DNA of 64,000 nucleotides, from positions 108,513 through 172,512 of the forward strand of contig CBDDEL010000016.1 in NCBI GenBank assembly GCA_965226885.1. Reading direction: 5' to 3'. The position numbers and the translations under genes are program-made. The DNA is from Opitutales bacterium (GTDB lineage Bacteria; Verrucomicrobiota; Verrucomicrobiia; Opitutales; UBA2987). This document shows positions 36,698 to 45,546 of this stretch, in pieces (position 1 is the first letter of the stretch; each line of letters starts with the position of its first letter). The notes beneath the pieces were generated by a model. The model ran no database searches and had not been told where the DNA came from. It saw nothing but the letters and a program-made list of their open reading frames with translations.

Positions 36698-38033
36698 TAA
36701 AATAGTTGTCAAAATCGATCTTCTCGGAACTGAGGACCAGTTCCCGCCAAGTATCCATCTGGTATGCGGGTGATGTGTATAAATCGAAGAACGATGCTAA
36801 TTGTTCGTCGTAATGAAAATCTCCACTGCCCGACATTTCAATACTGTTTCCGATCAATGATCCGAATGCTTCCATGCTTCCTCCCAGATCGATAGTTGAA
36901 TTAGGTGCATAGATAGACGCATAGAGCGATGCATTACCGGTTAGCTTTATTTCGGATGAAGTATCCGTTGAGGTGCTGTAAATTACAAAACTGGATGGGG
37001 CCTGGGTCGAATTGATGATTCCCCCTCCGCCAAAACTGGCGTTTCCATTGACGAATATGGCGGCAGAGCCAGCAGAACTTATCTGGATTTCTGAACTGCC
37101 CGTTGTTTGAATATCGTTATCAACCTTCAAAACAACCGGCCCTTCGATCAAAAGTATATCGTTGCTCCCCAATGAAAGGCTGCTGAGGTGGTATTCTTCA
37201 GGAGACGACGCCGTGCCGCTCGTCCCGATTGTAATGGTGTTTCCCACCGCTGCCGGTAGAGAGGTGGCGGGAGAAGACATGGCGGGTGGGTCGATGTCGG
37301 GAAAATCCGCATTGAAATCCGAGGTTACCCGATCGGGGTCAATGAGAATTTCCGGGGGGGTGTCCACGCCATAAACCTTGGACCCTGTGCCAAAAGTTGC
37401 AGTGCCTCCGCCTGTGCCGACATACCCGTAACTCTCCGCATTCTTGACATCTATAGCCCCATCAGCAGTAGAGGGACTTGCCACTGACATATTATCCGTG
37501 CGGTTTAAAAATGCATCGTAGGGGCCCTTGGAGGAATCATAGCTGTCCAGTTTTACTCCGCTGGCAAGTAGCAAGGAATTTTTGGAGACCATCCCGTTGG
37601 CGAAAAGAGAACGGCGGGTCAATTCGAGTTTCAACTGTTTAGAGGACTCGTCTCCCGCCGGAGTATTGACACGACCTTCAATATACACCGTTGGGCTGGT
37701 TGTATAATTTTCAACGACTGTTGAGTATATTCCGGTCTTGTTGGAACCAAGGTCGAAAGTGGATGACCTTTTAACCGCATAAATGCCGGAAACTGCCCAA
37801 CCCGTCCAATCGTCCGCATTCAAGGCCCAAAAAGCGTCATCGGCGCCGGCTTCGGCAAGATTCAAGGCGGAATTGGAAAGCAGGCCATAGGTGGACATTT
37901 TATAGCCTGTGTAGGCCAACCTTAAAAAACTCGCCACCATGAGGCCCATCGCGGTGGCAAAAAATAAGGCTACAATAATGGACGCGCCAATTTCAGGTCG
38001 CCGATCCAATCTGGATATGGATCTTCTAAGCAT
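36642..38033 (-). CDS. PilX-N-domain-like minor pilin/pseudopilin-associated protein, C-terminal tail replaced by IS sequence
   Basis: N-terminus EIGASIIVALFFATAMGLMVASF; last 18 codons (RGCPKRVIFARAFDRRSF) lie inside IS5-like copy A. Confidence 0.6.
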   Translation of the reverse strand: MLRRSISRLDRRPEIGASIIVALFFATAMGLMVASFLRLAYTGYKMSTYGLLSNSALNLAEAGADDAFWALNADDWTGWAVSGIYAVKRSSTFDLGSNKTGIYSTVVENYTTSPTVYIEGRVNTPAGDESSKQLKLELTRRSLFANGMVSKNSLLLASGVKLDSYDSSKGPYDAFLNRTDNMSVASPSTADGAIDVKNAESYGYVGTGGGTATFGTGSKVYGVDTPPEILIDPDRVTSDFNADFPDIDPPAMSSPATSLPAAVGNTITIGTSGTASSPEEYHLSSLSLGSNDILLIEGPVVLKVDNDIQTTGSSEIQISSAGSAAIFVNGNASFGGGGIINSTQAPSSFVIYSTSTDTSSEIKLTGNASLYASIYAPNSTIDLGGSMEAFGSLIGNSIEMSGSGDFHYDEQLASFFDLYTSPAYQMDTWRELVLSSEKIDFDNYFRGCPKRVIFARAFDRRSF

Positions 38034-38050
38034 TATCCCATTTTGTGGGG

Positions 38051-38608
38051 TCAGGTGCTGACTTTTCGGTTGCGCAGCATGAATTTCGCAGATACTATAT
38101 TTGTCGTATTTTTGACTTCAAAGACCATTTTTTCCAGCAAAGCTTCAAGCTTAATTTTTTTTACTTCCACCGGATTAGTCGTTGTGTTTCCCAGAAGATT
38201 ATAATAACTAAAACTCAGAGATTCTATGTTTCCAATAACCGTCAAGGTCCAGGAACCCTCGACTCGATTCAGGCTATTGCTGCTGGAATCATAAATATAC
38301 TCCACGGTGCGGGTTCCCGATTCGCCCTGCACCTGCAACGTCATCTGAGTCGAAGATGCCGTTGTAACGTCGACCGCCATGCGCATGTCGCGGCCGAAGC
38401 GTTCCAAGCCGATTTGGCTTTGGGTATTCATTTCCATATACTGGCTCATTCCCAGGGAACTTTTAAAAATGAACATGTAGCTCGAAGTGATCCCCGACAT
38501 GAATACACTAGAAATTGACATGGCGATGAGGACCTCAGAAAGGGTGAAACCTCTTTTCCGGGGGCGGGGGTTTTGCTGAGTTTCAGTATGAGCGGCTGTA
38601 GAAGTCAT
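38051..38608 (-). CDS. prepilin-type N-terminal cleavage/methylation domain protein (PilW/GspJ-like)
   Basis: RGFTLSEVLIAMSISSV. Confidence 0.75.
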   Translation of the reverse strand: MTSTAAHTETQQNPRPRKRGFTLSEVLIAMSISSVFMSGITSSYMFIFKSSLGMSQYMEMNTQSQIGLERFGRDMRMAVDVTTASSTQMTLQVQGESGTRTVEYIYDSSSNSLNRVEGSWTLTVIGNIESLSFSYYNLLGNTTTNPVEVKKIKLEALLEKMVFEVKNTTNIVSAKFMLRNRKVST

Positions 38609-39056
38609 TGAGGCCCTCCTTGGTGAAGTAGGTAATATATTTAGTGGTGAAATCCATACCGCGTGAATTGGTCCAGGAAACGGTCAGAACAACCTCCAGT
38701 TGATTCGCTTTGGGCACGCTAATGACTCGCTGGCAAGTAAATCCGCTGATTTCCTCGAAAAAGCCACCAGAACTATCCAAAGCTTCAATGGCGGACCAAT
38801 TCATGGTTCTCAGGCTTTCCATCTCATCTTGAAGAACTTGAGATACCCGAGTATTACTGCGAGTGCTTTCGAGCAGATAAAACCCCTGTTGCATCGCCGT
38901 ATAAGTGCTTGCCAGAATGATCCCCAAAATCATCATCCCAACCATAAGCTCGAGCAGTGTGTATCCAGCCTGGTCAACCGTTACTGAACGGTTTTTTGAG
39001 AGACTTCCGGTCTCGGGATTGTTTTTTGTTCTTTTCACTCGGGGGTATTCAACCAA
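38583..39056 (-). CDS. prepilin-type N-terminal cleavage/methylation domain protein (PilV/GspI-like)
   Basis: AGYTLLELMVGMMILGII. Confidence 0.75.
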   Translation of the reverse strand: MVEYPRVKRTKNNPETGSLSKNRSVTVDQAGYTLLELMVGMMILGIILASTYTAMQQGFYLLESTRSNTRVSQVLQDEMESLRTMNWSAIEALDSSGGFFEEISGFTCQRVISVPKANQLEVVLTVSWTNSRGMDFTTKYITYFTKEGLNDFYSRSY

Positions 39057-39289
39057 TTGTTTTAAATTACATTATTAGTTAATTCGCCAATTACAGTTAA
39101 TTTCAAGCTATAAATCATTGATTATCATAGTTTAACAATTTTTTGATGCTTTCTTGATATTAATTTTACAAACATGCGCCAAAATCGCTCTGGATGCCGT
39201 CGGATTGGGCATTTCCATGAATTTGAAAAATGATCCCTGCCTTCCGCGAGAGGCCGCCCCAGGGATTCGACAATCGGCGCAATGATGCC

Positions 39290-40624
39290 TTAAAAACCTC
39301 GCGGTTTCAATAGATAAGCGCCGCCGCCGTCGTGGCCATCATTCCAGGGATTATAGACGCTTCCGGCTATCAGCCGCCAACGGCCCTTTTCCCGCTCTAT
39401 GAATTTATCTACCACTGCCTGGTTTTCCTCTTCTTCCAAACTGCACGTGCTGTAAACGAGACGGCCTTGCGGGGATACAAAACGAGCGGCTTTCTGGAGC
39501 AGTTTCAGCTGCAATTCCGCCGCCTGCCCTATATCCACGGGTTGCAGGCGCCAACGGGCATCCGGGCGGCGCCGGATGACGCCCGTGTTCGAGCAAGGCG
39601 CGTCCAGGAGAATGCCGTCATAAAGGTCGGGCAGCCCTCTGAGTGCAAGGTCATGCGGAACGGTTTCCAGCAAGTCGGCATCAACTATTTCCCAAAGCGT
39701 TTTTTCAAACCGGGAAAGATTTTCCCGCAATCGGCCGATCCTCGGGCCCGGTCGATCGAGGGCTGCCAAAAAGCCGCCGCCGCTTTTCAAGCGGCCCGCC
39801 ATGAGGGAGCTTTTTCCGCCGGGGGCGGCGCAGAGATCGAGAATTTTTTCACCCGGGCGGACATCCAGCAAGTCAACCGGGCGGGCGCTTGCCGGGTCCA
39901 TCACAATGGCCCCGGAATCTTTGGCCATAGCCCCAATATCGCTCCCCTTCCCTTTCGCCACTTCATAAAAGCCATTCCATTTTGTCGCTTTCAATTCAGG
40001 AAAAGCATCCAAACCATGCCGACCGGAAAAATAAGCGTAAATGGGCGGCGGAATTTGATTCCAATTCAGGAGTCGCTCCGTCGCGTCCCGGCCGTAAGTC
40101 TGCCGCCATTTTTGCACCAACCACTCGGGATGACTGTAGAGGATGGCCAGCTGAGCCCAACAATCGTATTTCCCCAGCAAACTACCAGGATCTTTCAATA
40201 GCGGCGCAGCCTTGCGCAAGACCGCGTTGGCCAGCCCCGCCTCGGCCGAACTGAGAACGCTTTTGGCACGTTCAACGGCATGGTTAATAATCCTGGCGGC
40301 TCTTTCCTCCTCACTATTAAGAAGTTCTGCCGCGGCCACAAATAGGATTGACTTCAATCGGGCTCTCGGTTGTCTTTTCAGGAAAACCGAAAGCACGAAT
40401 TCGATTCGCGATAAATTGCGTATGACACCTAGAAACAGGAATTGGCATCGCCGTCTGTGGGACGTCGGCAGAAGCCGGGGCAACATCCCCAGGAAGGAAT
40501 CCGCCTTGCCCGGGCGCTTGATATAGGCTTCGCACAATTGCGCGGCCAAAATCCAGCTATCCTTCTTTTTTTCCGACATGCCGATAATTCCCGAGGCAGG
40601 GAATTTGTTGACCTGGAAGGGCAA
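39290..40624 (-). CDS. rsmB: 16S rRNA (cytosine-C5)-methyltransferase RsmB/Sun
   Basis: NusB-like N-domain; LDLCAAPGGKS, LLDAPCSNTGVIRRRPD, LVYSTCSLEEEEN; start uncertain (MSEKKK possible). Confidence 0.88.
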   Translation of the reverse strand: MPFQVNKFPASGIIGMSEKKKDSWILAAQLCEAYIKRPGKADSFLGMLPRLLPTSHRRRCQFLFLGVIRNLSRIEFVLSVFLKRQPRARLKSILFVAAAELLNSEEERAARIINHAVERAKSVLSSAEAGLANAVLRKAAPLLKDPGSLLGKYDCWAQLAILYSHPEWLVQKWRQTYGRDATERLLNWNQIPPPIYAYFSGRHGLDAFPELKATKWNGFYEVAKGKGSDIGAMAKDSGAIVMDPASARPVDLLDVRPGEKILDLCAAPGGKSSLMAGRLKSGGGFLAALDRPGPRIGRLRENLSRFEKTLWEIVDADLLETVPHDLALRGLPDLYDGILLDAPCSNTGVIRRRPDARWRLQPVDIGQAAELQLKLLQKAARFVSPQGRLVYSTCSLEEEENQAVVDKFIEREKGRWRLIAGSVYNPWNDGHDGGGAYLLKPRGF

Positions 40625-40666
40625 ATACCATCATTAATTAAATTATTTTTCTGGAATTAGAACGGC

Positions 40667-42538
40667 ATGAATAAAGAAGCTATCGATTTGCTCATACGGC
40701 AGCAACCAAAATTAAAGAGTTCCCGGCCAAAACTGGAAGCCATGCAACCGGGTTTTTACTGCATTCACCGCAGTTGGGGTCTGGGCCAGATCAAGGATTA
40801 CGATGAAAAGGAAAACAAACTGATCATCGATTTCGAGGAGCATAAAACCGGTCACGCCATGGACCCGGCCTTCTGCGTCGATAAACTGGAGATTTTGCAG
40901 CCAGACAATATTATCGTGAGGCACAGGGAAGATCCGGAATCGGTGGGGGAGATTCTGAAAAAGAAGCCAACGGACATTATCGTGGCTATCCTCGGCAGCT
41001 CTGAAAAGGGAACCGCCCTCACCTCGGAAATTGAAAAAATCCTTCAACGGCTCCTCGGCGCGGACAAATATAAAAAATGGTGGACGGACACAAAAAAACT
41101 CCTCGTCAAAGATCCACGCATCGCCGTGCCAGGGAAAAAGACCGCCCCCTACATATTGCGGGCAGAGCCAGTTAAAGCGGAAGAGGAAATTCTGGAAGAA
41201 TTTTTCTCCATCCAGGCCCCCAAAAAACAAATACTGCTGGCGGAAAAACTCCTCGTCCTCTCCATCACCCAAGAAGAACTAAAGGATCATCTGCACGATA
41301 TTCTACAAACATTGACCAAAGGGCTGCAGGAATCCAAAATCCTAAATCAAGGGGAGCGCCTGCAAGGCTTATGGGTACGCAATGACCTGGCCCGGTTTAT
41401 TCATGAAGATGTGGAAAGCCTCTCCCCCACTTCCTCTTCGATCCTGGAGGATGTTCGCGATTTTTCCGGTCTGGCGGCTCAAATCCCACCCAGCTATTTC
41501 AAACGGTTTCTAGACCTCATCTTTCGCACTTACACGGAGCGGTGGGAAAAAATCACTTTCGATCTTCTCAAAAACAGCAGCGGCAAATTCACTACCGAAT
41601 GCATCAATTTCCTTATTGAAAAAGGCCTCGAGGAAGACCTCGACCACAACTTGCACCGGTGGCTGGAAGAGCAAATAATCAAAGGCCCCCTTCTCCTTTG
41701 GATTTTGAAAAACCGCCACTCTCGCAAATTTACCAGAATGTTGAGCAAACTGATCTCCCCGCGCCTTTTCAATGCCATCTTTTACGCCATTGACTATGAG
41801 GCATTGCACAATGCCGGAGCCAGGCGGATTCCCCTCTCCGACATTCTCAGCGACGATTCCGAGTTGATCTCCGAATTGCTATCGCAGGCCTCGCAGGAAA
41901 CGGCCCAGGACCTTGCCACCACCCTCCTGCTCAACCAGGGATTTGAAGACCTTACCAAAAAATCCCTTCTGGCCAGATTTATACGGCTTTTCCCCAACGT
42001 CCAGAGCCTTGTCAGCGGCCCCCGCGACGACACCGAAGAAATTGACAAAAGCGATTTGCTCATCGTGTCCCAGGAAAGCCTCGAAGTTTATAAAAAGGAT
42101 TATGAAATTTTATTGACGGAAAAAATACCCGAAAACAAAAAAGCCATCGCGCTGGCCCGGGAACATGGCGATCTTAAAGAAAATTCCGAATATAAGATGG
42201 CCCGGCAGGACCAGGACACCCTGCTGGCCCGCAAGGCTCAATTGGAGCGAGAATTAACCCTGGCCAGAGTGAGTGACTTTACAGACGCGCCGTCCGATGT
42301 GGTGGGTGTCGGAAATGTGGTCAAATTAATTGAAGGCTCCACCGGCAACTCTGTCACTTACTCTATTCTGGGTGCCTGGGACAGTCATCCGGAAGAAAAC
42401 ATACTTTCTTACAAAACTCCCCTCGGCCAAAGTCTCATATCCAAAAAAGAAGGGGATGTGGTCAAAACTGTCATCGACGATACGGAAGAACTCTGGACGA
42501 TTGAAAAAATTTCCCGCTGGGTCGATTTGCAGAAATAG
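40667..42538 (+). CDS. long GreA/GreB-family transcription elongation factor
   Basis: 623 aa; C-terminal about 160 aa GreA-like (REHGDLKENSEYKMARQDQ ... SYKTPLGQSLISKKEGDVV); about 460-aa N-terminal extension. Confidence 0.75.
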   Translation: MNKEAIDLLIRQQPKLKSSRPKLEAMQPGFYCIHRSWGLGQIKDYDEKENKLIIDFEEHKTGHAMDPAFCVDKLEILQPDNIIVRHREDPESVGEILKKKPTDIIVAILGSSEKGTALTSEIEKILQRLLGADKYKKWWTDTKKLLVKDPRIAVPGKKTAPYILRAEPVKAEEEILEEFFSIQAPKKQILLAEKLLVLSITQEELKDHLHDILQTLTKGLQESKILNQGERLQGLWVRNDLARFIHEDVESLSPTSSSILEDVRDFSGLAAQIPPSYFKRFLDLIFRTYTERWEKITFDLLKNSSGKFTTECINFLIEKGLEEDLDHNLHRWLEEQIIKGPLLLWILKNRHSRKFTRMLSKLISPRLFNAIFYAIDYEALHNAGARRIPLSDILSDDSELISELLSQASQETAQDLATTLLLNQGFEDLTKKSLLARFIRLFPNVQSLVSGPRDDTEEIDKSDLLIVSQESLEVYKKDYEILLTEKIPENKKAIALAREHGDLKENSEYKMARQDQDTLLARKAQLERELTLARVSDFTDAPSDVVGVGNVVKLIEGSTGNSVTYSILGAWDSHPEENILSYKTPLGQSLISKKEGDVVKTVIDDTEELWTIEKISRWVDLQK

Positions 42539-42604
42539 CATTTCAAAGGAGGCCGACGAGAAGCGTCCGCCTCAAAATTCCATACAACCGTCTGAAAAGC
42601 CGGA

Positions 42605-43546
42605 ATGAAGACGATGGACCCTCTGGACACACTCAAGCTTCTGGCCGACTGGACCCGCTTGAGGATCATTTCGCTGCTCCGGGCGGAGGAACTCTCGGTA
42701 GCTGAAATGCAGGAAATTCTGGGCATGGGCCAGTCGCGCATTTCCTCCCATCTGGCATTGCTCAGGCAAGCCGGCATGGTTTCCCACCGCAAGGAGGGTA
42801 AAAGAAGCTTTTACTCACTCAATGCAGATATATCAGAGGACGGCGACAGCCTCATCGACAGCGCCTGCAAAGCCATTTCACGGAAAACCGAGATCCTGGA
42901 AGATGAAAATAATTTGCGGCGCATTCTCGCTAAACGCCGAAAAGTCGTCGAAAAATATTTTAACGATGTGGCTGGAAGTCTGGGTAAGAAATATTGCCCC
43001 GGCCGTTCCTGGAAAGCTATCGGTCATTTCCTCCTGCACTTAACGCCCCCTCTGGTCATAGCCGACCTCGGTTCGGGAGAGGGGGAACTGGCTCAAATGC
43101 TGGCCCGCCGGGCCAAGATGATTTACTGCATCGATAATTCCCCCCGCATGGTCAAGGCCGGAACCGATTTGGCCCGCTCCCATGGACTGAAAAATCTTCA
43201 CTATAAACTGGGAGATATCGAGGACATTCCACTGCAGGCAGATAGCTGCGATATCGCCCTCCTCAGCCAATCGATTCATCACGCTCCCAATCCCCAAAGA
43301 GCCGTCAATGAAGCCTTTCGCATTTTAAAACCAACTGGCCGGGTAATCATTCTCGATTTGAAAAACCACAATTTTGAAAAAACACGGGACTTGTACGCCG
43401 ATTACTGGCTAGGGTTCAGTGAAAACCAGATTTACCAGTTTCTCTGCAAAGCCGGGTTTGAAAATCCCGAGGTCAATATCGTTCTGCGTGAGGAGAAGGA
43501 GCCGCATTTCGAAGTCATCCTCGGCAGCGGAATAAAGCCGTCCTGA
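42605..43546 (+). CDS. ArsR-family HTH regulator fused to SAM-dependent methyltransferase
   Basis: LRIISLLRAEELSVAEMQEILGMGQSRISSHLALLRQAGMV; VIADLGSGEGELA. Confidence 0.82.
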   Translation: MKTMDPLDTLKLLADWTRLRIISLLRAEELSVAEMQEILGMGQSRISSHLALLRQAGMVSHRKEGKRSFYSLNADISEDGDSLIDSACKAISRKTEILEDENNLRRILAKRRKVVEKYFNDVAGSLGKKYCPGRSWKAIGHFLLHLTPPLVIADLGSGEGELAQMLARRAKMIYCIDNSPRMVKAGTDLARSHGLKNLHYKLGDIEDIPLQADSCDIALLSQSIHHAPNPQRAVNEAFRILKPTGRVIILDLKNHNFEKTRDLYADYWLGFSENQIYQFLCKAGFENPEVNIVLREEKEPHFEVILGSGIKPS

Positions 43547-43765
43547 ATCGCGAGGTAAGGATTCCAGTGCTTTCTCGGAATGGAACATTCTTGAGGTAGA
43601 GGCGAAAGAGATAGTGGGTCCTATGTTAAATTATTTGTAAATTCAGGTCTTTTGTTAAATTGACAAAGTTTTTGACCGACTTTCAGGCTAATCAGGGACT
43701 ACACACATTACCCGGCAAGAAACTACGCCCAGTGCCTGGCTGGAAACTGGACCAATTCAGTATCG

Positions 43766-44375
43766 TTGTTCAAAAAACTGGATAGAATTTACCCGTTTGC
43801 ACCTAGTATGAATAGAATCATGGAAGTTCAGCTCGGGAAAACCGTTATCGAACAAAACGAGCCGGGAGACGGTTTTTATGTTCTGCTTTCTGGAAATTTG
43901 GAGGTTTACCGGGACAAAACTTATCTCTGTTCCCTCAGTCAACGCGGGACCATTTTCGGTGAAATGAGCGGTATTTTATGTGAGCCGAGAACATGTTCTA
44001 TTATTGCAAAGAACGAACGACGCTAAAGTCATTTTCGTTTCCAACGATGACATGATTGAATTTATTAAGGAAACGCCCGACATCGGCGCCAAAATCATCA
44101 AGACCTTGGCCAAACGATTGGCATCCACATCGCGAAAATTTGTCGAGAGTGCGGAGGTGCAGATCCCGGCGTCGGTGGAATTGCGCGGCCGCAGAATCAA
44201 GGAAAACGTGCTGGATAATTTGAAAGGCCTCGGATCGGCCCGCCGAAGAGCCCTTGACCTTCAGTTTGAGACCATAGACAACTTGAAAGATGCCAGCATC
44301 AAGGAGCTTCTGCAAGTCGAGGGCATCGGCCCGAAAATGGCTCAACAATTGCATAAAGTTCTGCGCGATCTTTAA
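43766..44375 (+). pseudogene. cNMP-binding domain protein with UvrC-like (HhH)2 C-terminus, frameshifted by 4-bp tandem duplication
   Basis: FGEMSGILCEPRTCSIIAKN | DAKVIFVSNDD split across frames at AACGAACG (44012-44019); C-terminus LKGLGSARRRAL...LLQVEGIGPKMAQQL. Confidence 0.8.
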
Positions 44376-44520
44376 AGTTTAATGGCTAGGATTATGGCCG
44401 GTGCCGCGCATTTCGCTTCCTGATTTGCGATGCCGATTGTCTTGCCAACTACATGCCAAATAATTTATGGTGGGATTTTCCGTCTGTCAGAATTTCCTTA
44501 AAACCTTCAGATTTTAAGCT

Positions 44521-45264
44521 ATGATACGATCCGGCAACCCTACTTTGACCGCCAAGACCTTCACTCTACAGGAAAGAGTGAGCTCAACGGCGCAAATGAC
44601 TATCCAGGGAACCGTCAATAAAACCGGGTTCCTTCTATTCCTGGTATTGATTCCGGCAATCTGGACCTGGGATCGTTTTATCTCCACCGGCGATCAGGCA
44701 AGCATTGTTCCCTTTATCATAGGCGGAGCCATTGGCGGGATCGTCATTGCCCTCATAACGGTTTTTAATAAAACCTGGGCTCCTTTCACGGCGCCACTAT
44801 ACGCTTTGGCTGAAGGATTTGTGCTAGGAGGCATTTCGGCTATTTTCGAAAGTATTTATCCGGATATCGTCTTCCAGGCTGTGGGCCTGACCATGGGCGT
44901 TTTGTTCAGTCTCTTAATGGCTTACAAGAGCGGCTTGATCAAAGTGACGGAGAATTTCAAACTGGGCATAGTCGCCGCCACCGGCGGGATAATGATGGTT
45001 TACCTAGCCAGTATGGTACTCGGCTTCTTCGGCATGGGCGTGCCATTCATTCATGAGAACGGGTTGATGGGGATCGGATTCAGTGCATTTGTCGTCGTCA
45101 TAGCGGCCCTCAACCTTGTCCTGGACTTCGATTTTATTGAAGCCGGGGCGAAAAACGGCGCCCCCAAATACATGGAATGGTACGGCGCGTTCGGGTTGCT
45201 GGTGACCTTGATCTGGCTCTATATAGAAATACTCCATCTGCTGGCCAAACTACGCAGCCGCTGA
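44521..45264 (+). CDS. Bax inhibitor-1/YccA-family membrane protein
   Basis: 247 aa, about 7 TM, N-terminal SGNPTL...MTIQGTVNKT pattern seen in this family. Confidence 0.6.
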   Translation: MIRSGNPTLTAKTFTLQERVSSTAQMTIQGTVNKTGFLLFLVLIPAIWTWDRFISTGDQASIVPFIIGGAIGGIVIALITVFNKTWAPFTAPLYALAEGFVLGGISAIFESIYPDIVFQAVGLTMGVLFSLLMAYKSGLIKVTENFKLGIVAATGGIMMVYLASMVLGFFGMGVPFIHENGLMGIGFSAFVVVIAALNLVLDFDFIEAGAKNGAPKYMEWYGAFGLLVTLIWLYIEILHLLAKLRSR

Positions 45265-45546
45265 TCGGCTATCGGCCCGGTTTTCGAAAGCAAGGGCGGC
45301 TACAGACCCTCTGCCTGAATAAAACATTTCGGTTTGTTAAAGATGGTGCAGGCCAACAACTGCGGACTCATCAGGAAGCCTGCCGCAATCTAAAAGAGGT
45401 GCGCATGGCCGCCGAGCGCAGGTCTATACTGAAATTTTCCATCAACGCCTCATTCGTTGATTCATCTAGTTTCAATTCCTCATGTCTGAAATTTTGCCCA
45501 GGGCGTTCCGGGCTCCTAAACCCGATTTCTTCCAGGATATTAACTA

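Noticed and set aside
39332-40201. 289-aa ORF antisense to rsmB
   Set aside because: It is a shadow ORF of a well-supported methyltransferase gene, with low-complexity Arg/Ala/Gly-rich composition.
42539-42590. Hairpin GAGGCCGACG...CGTCCGCCTC after the GreA-family gene as a terminator
   Set aside because: The stem is imperfect and no T tract follows on either strand.
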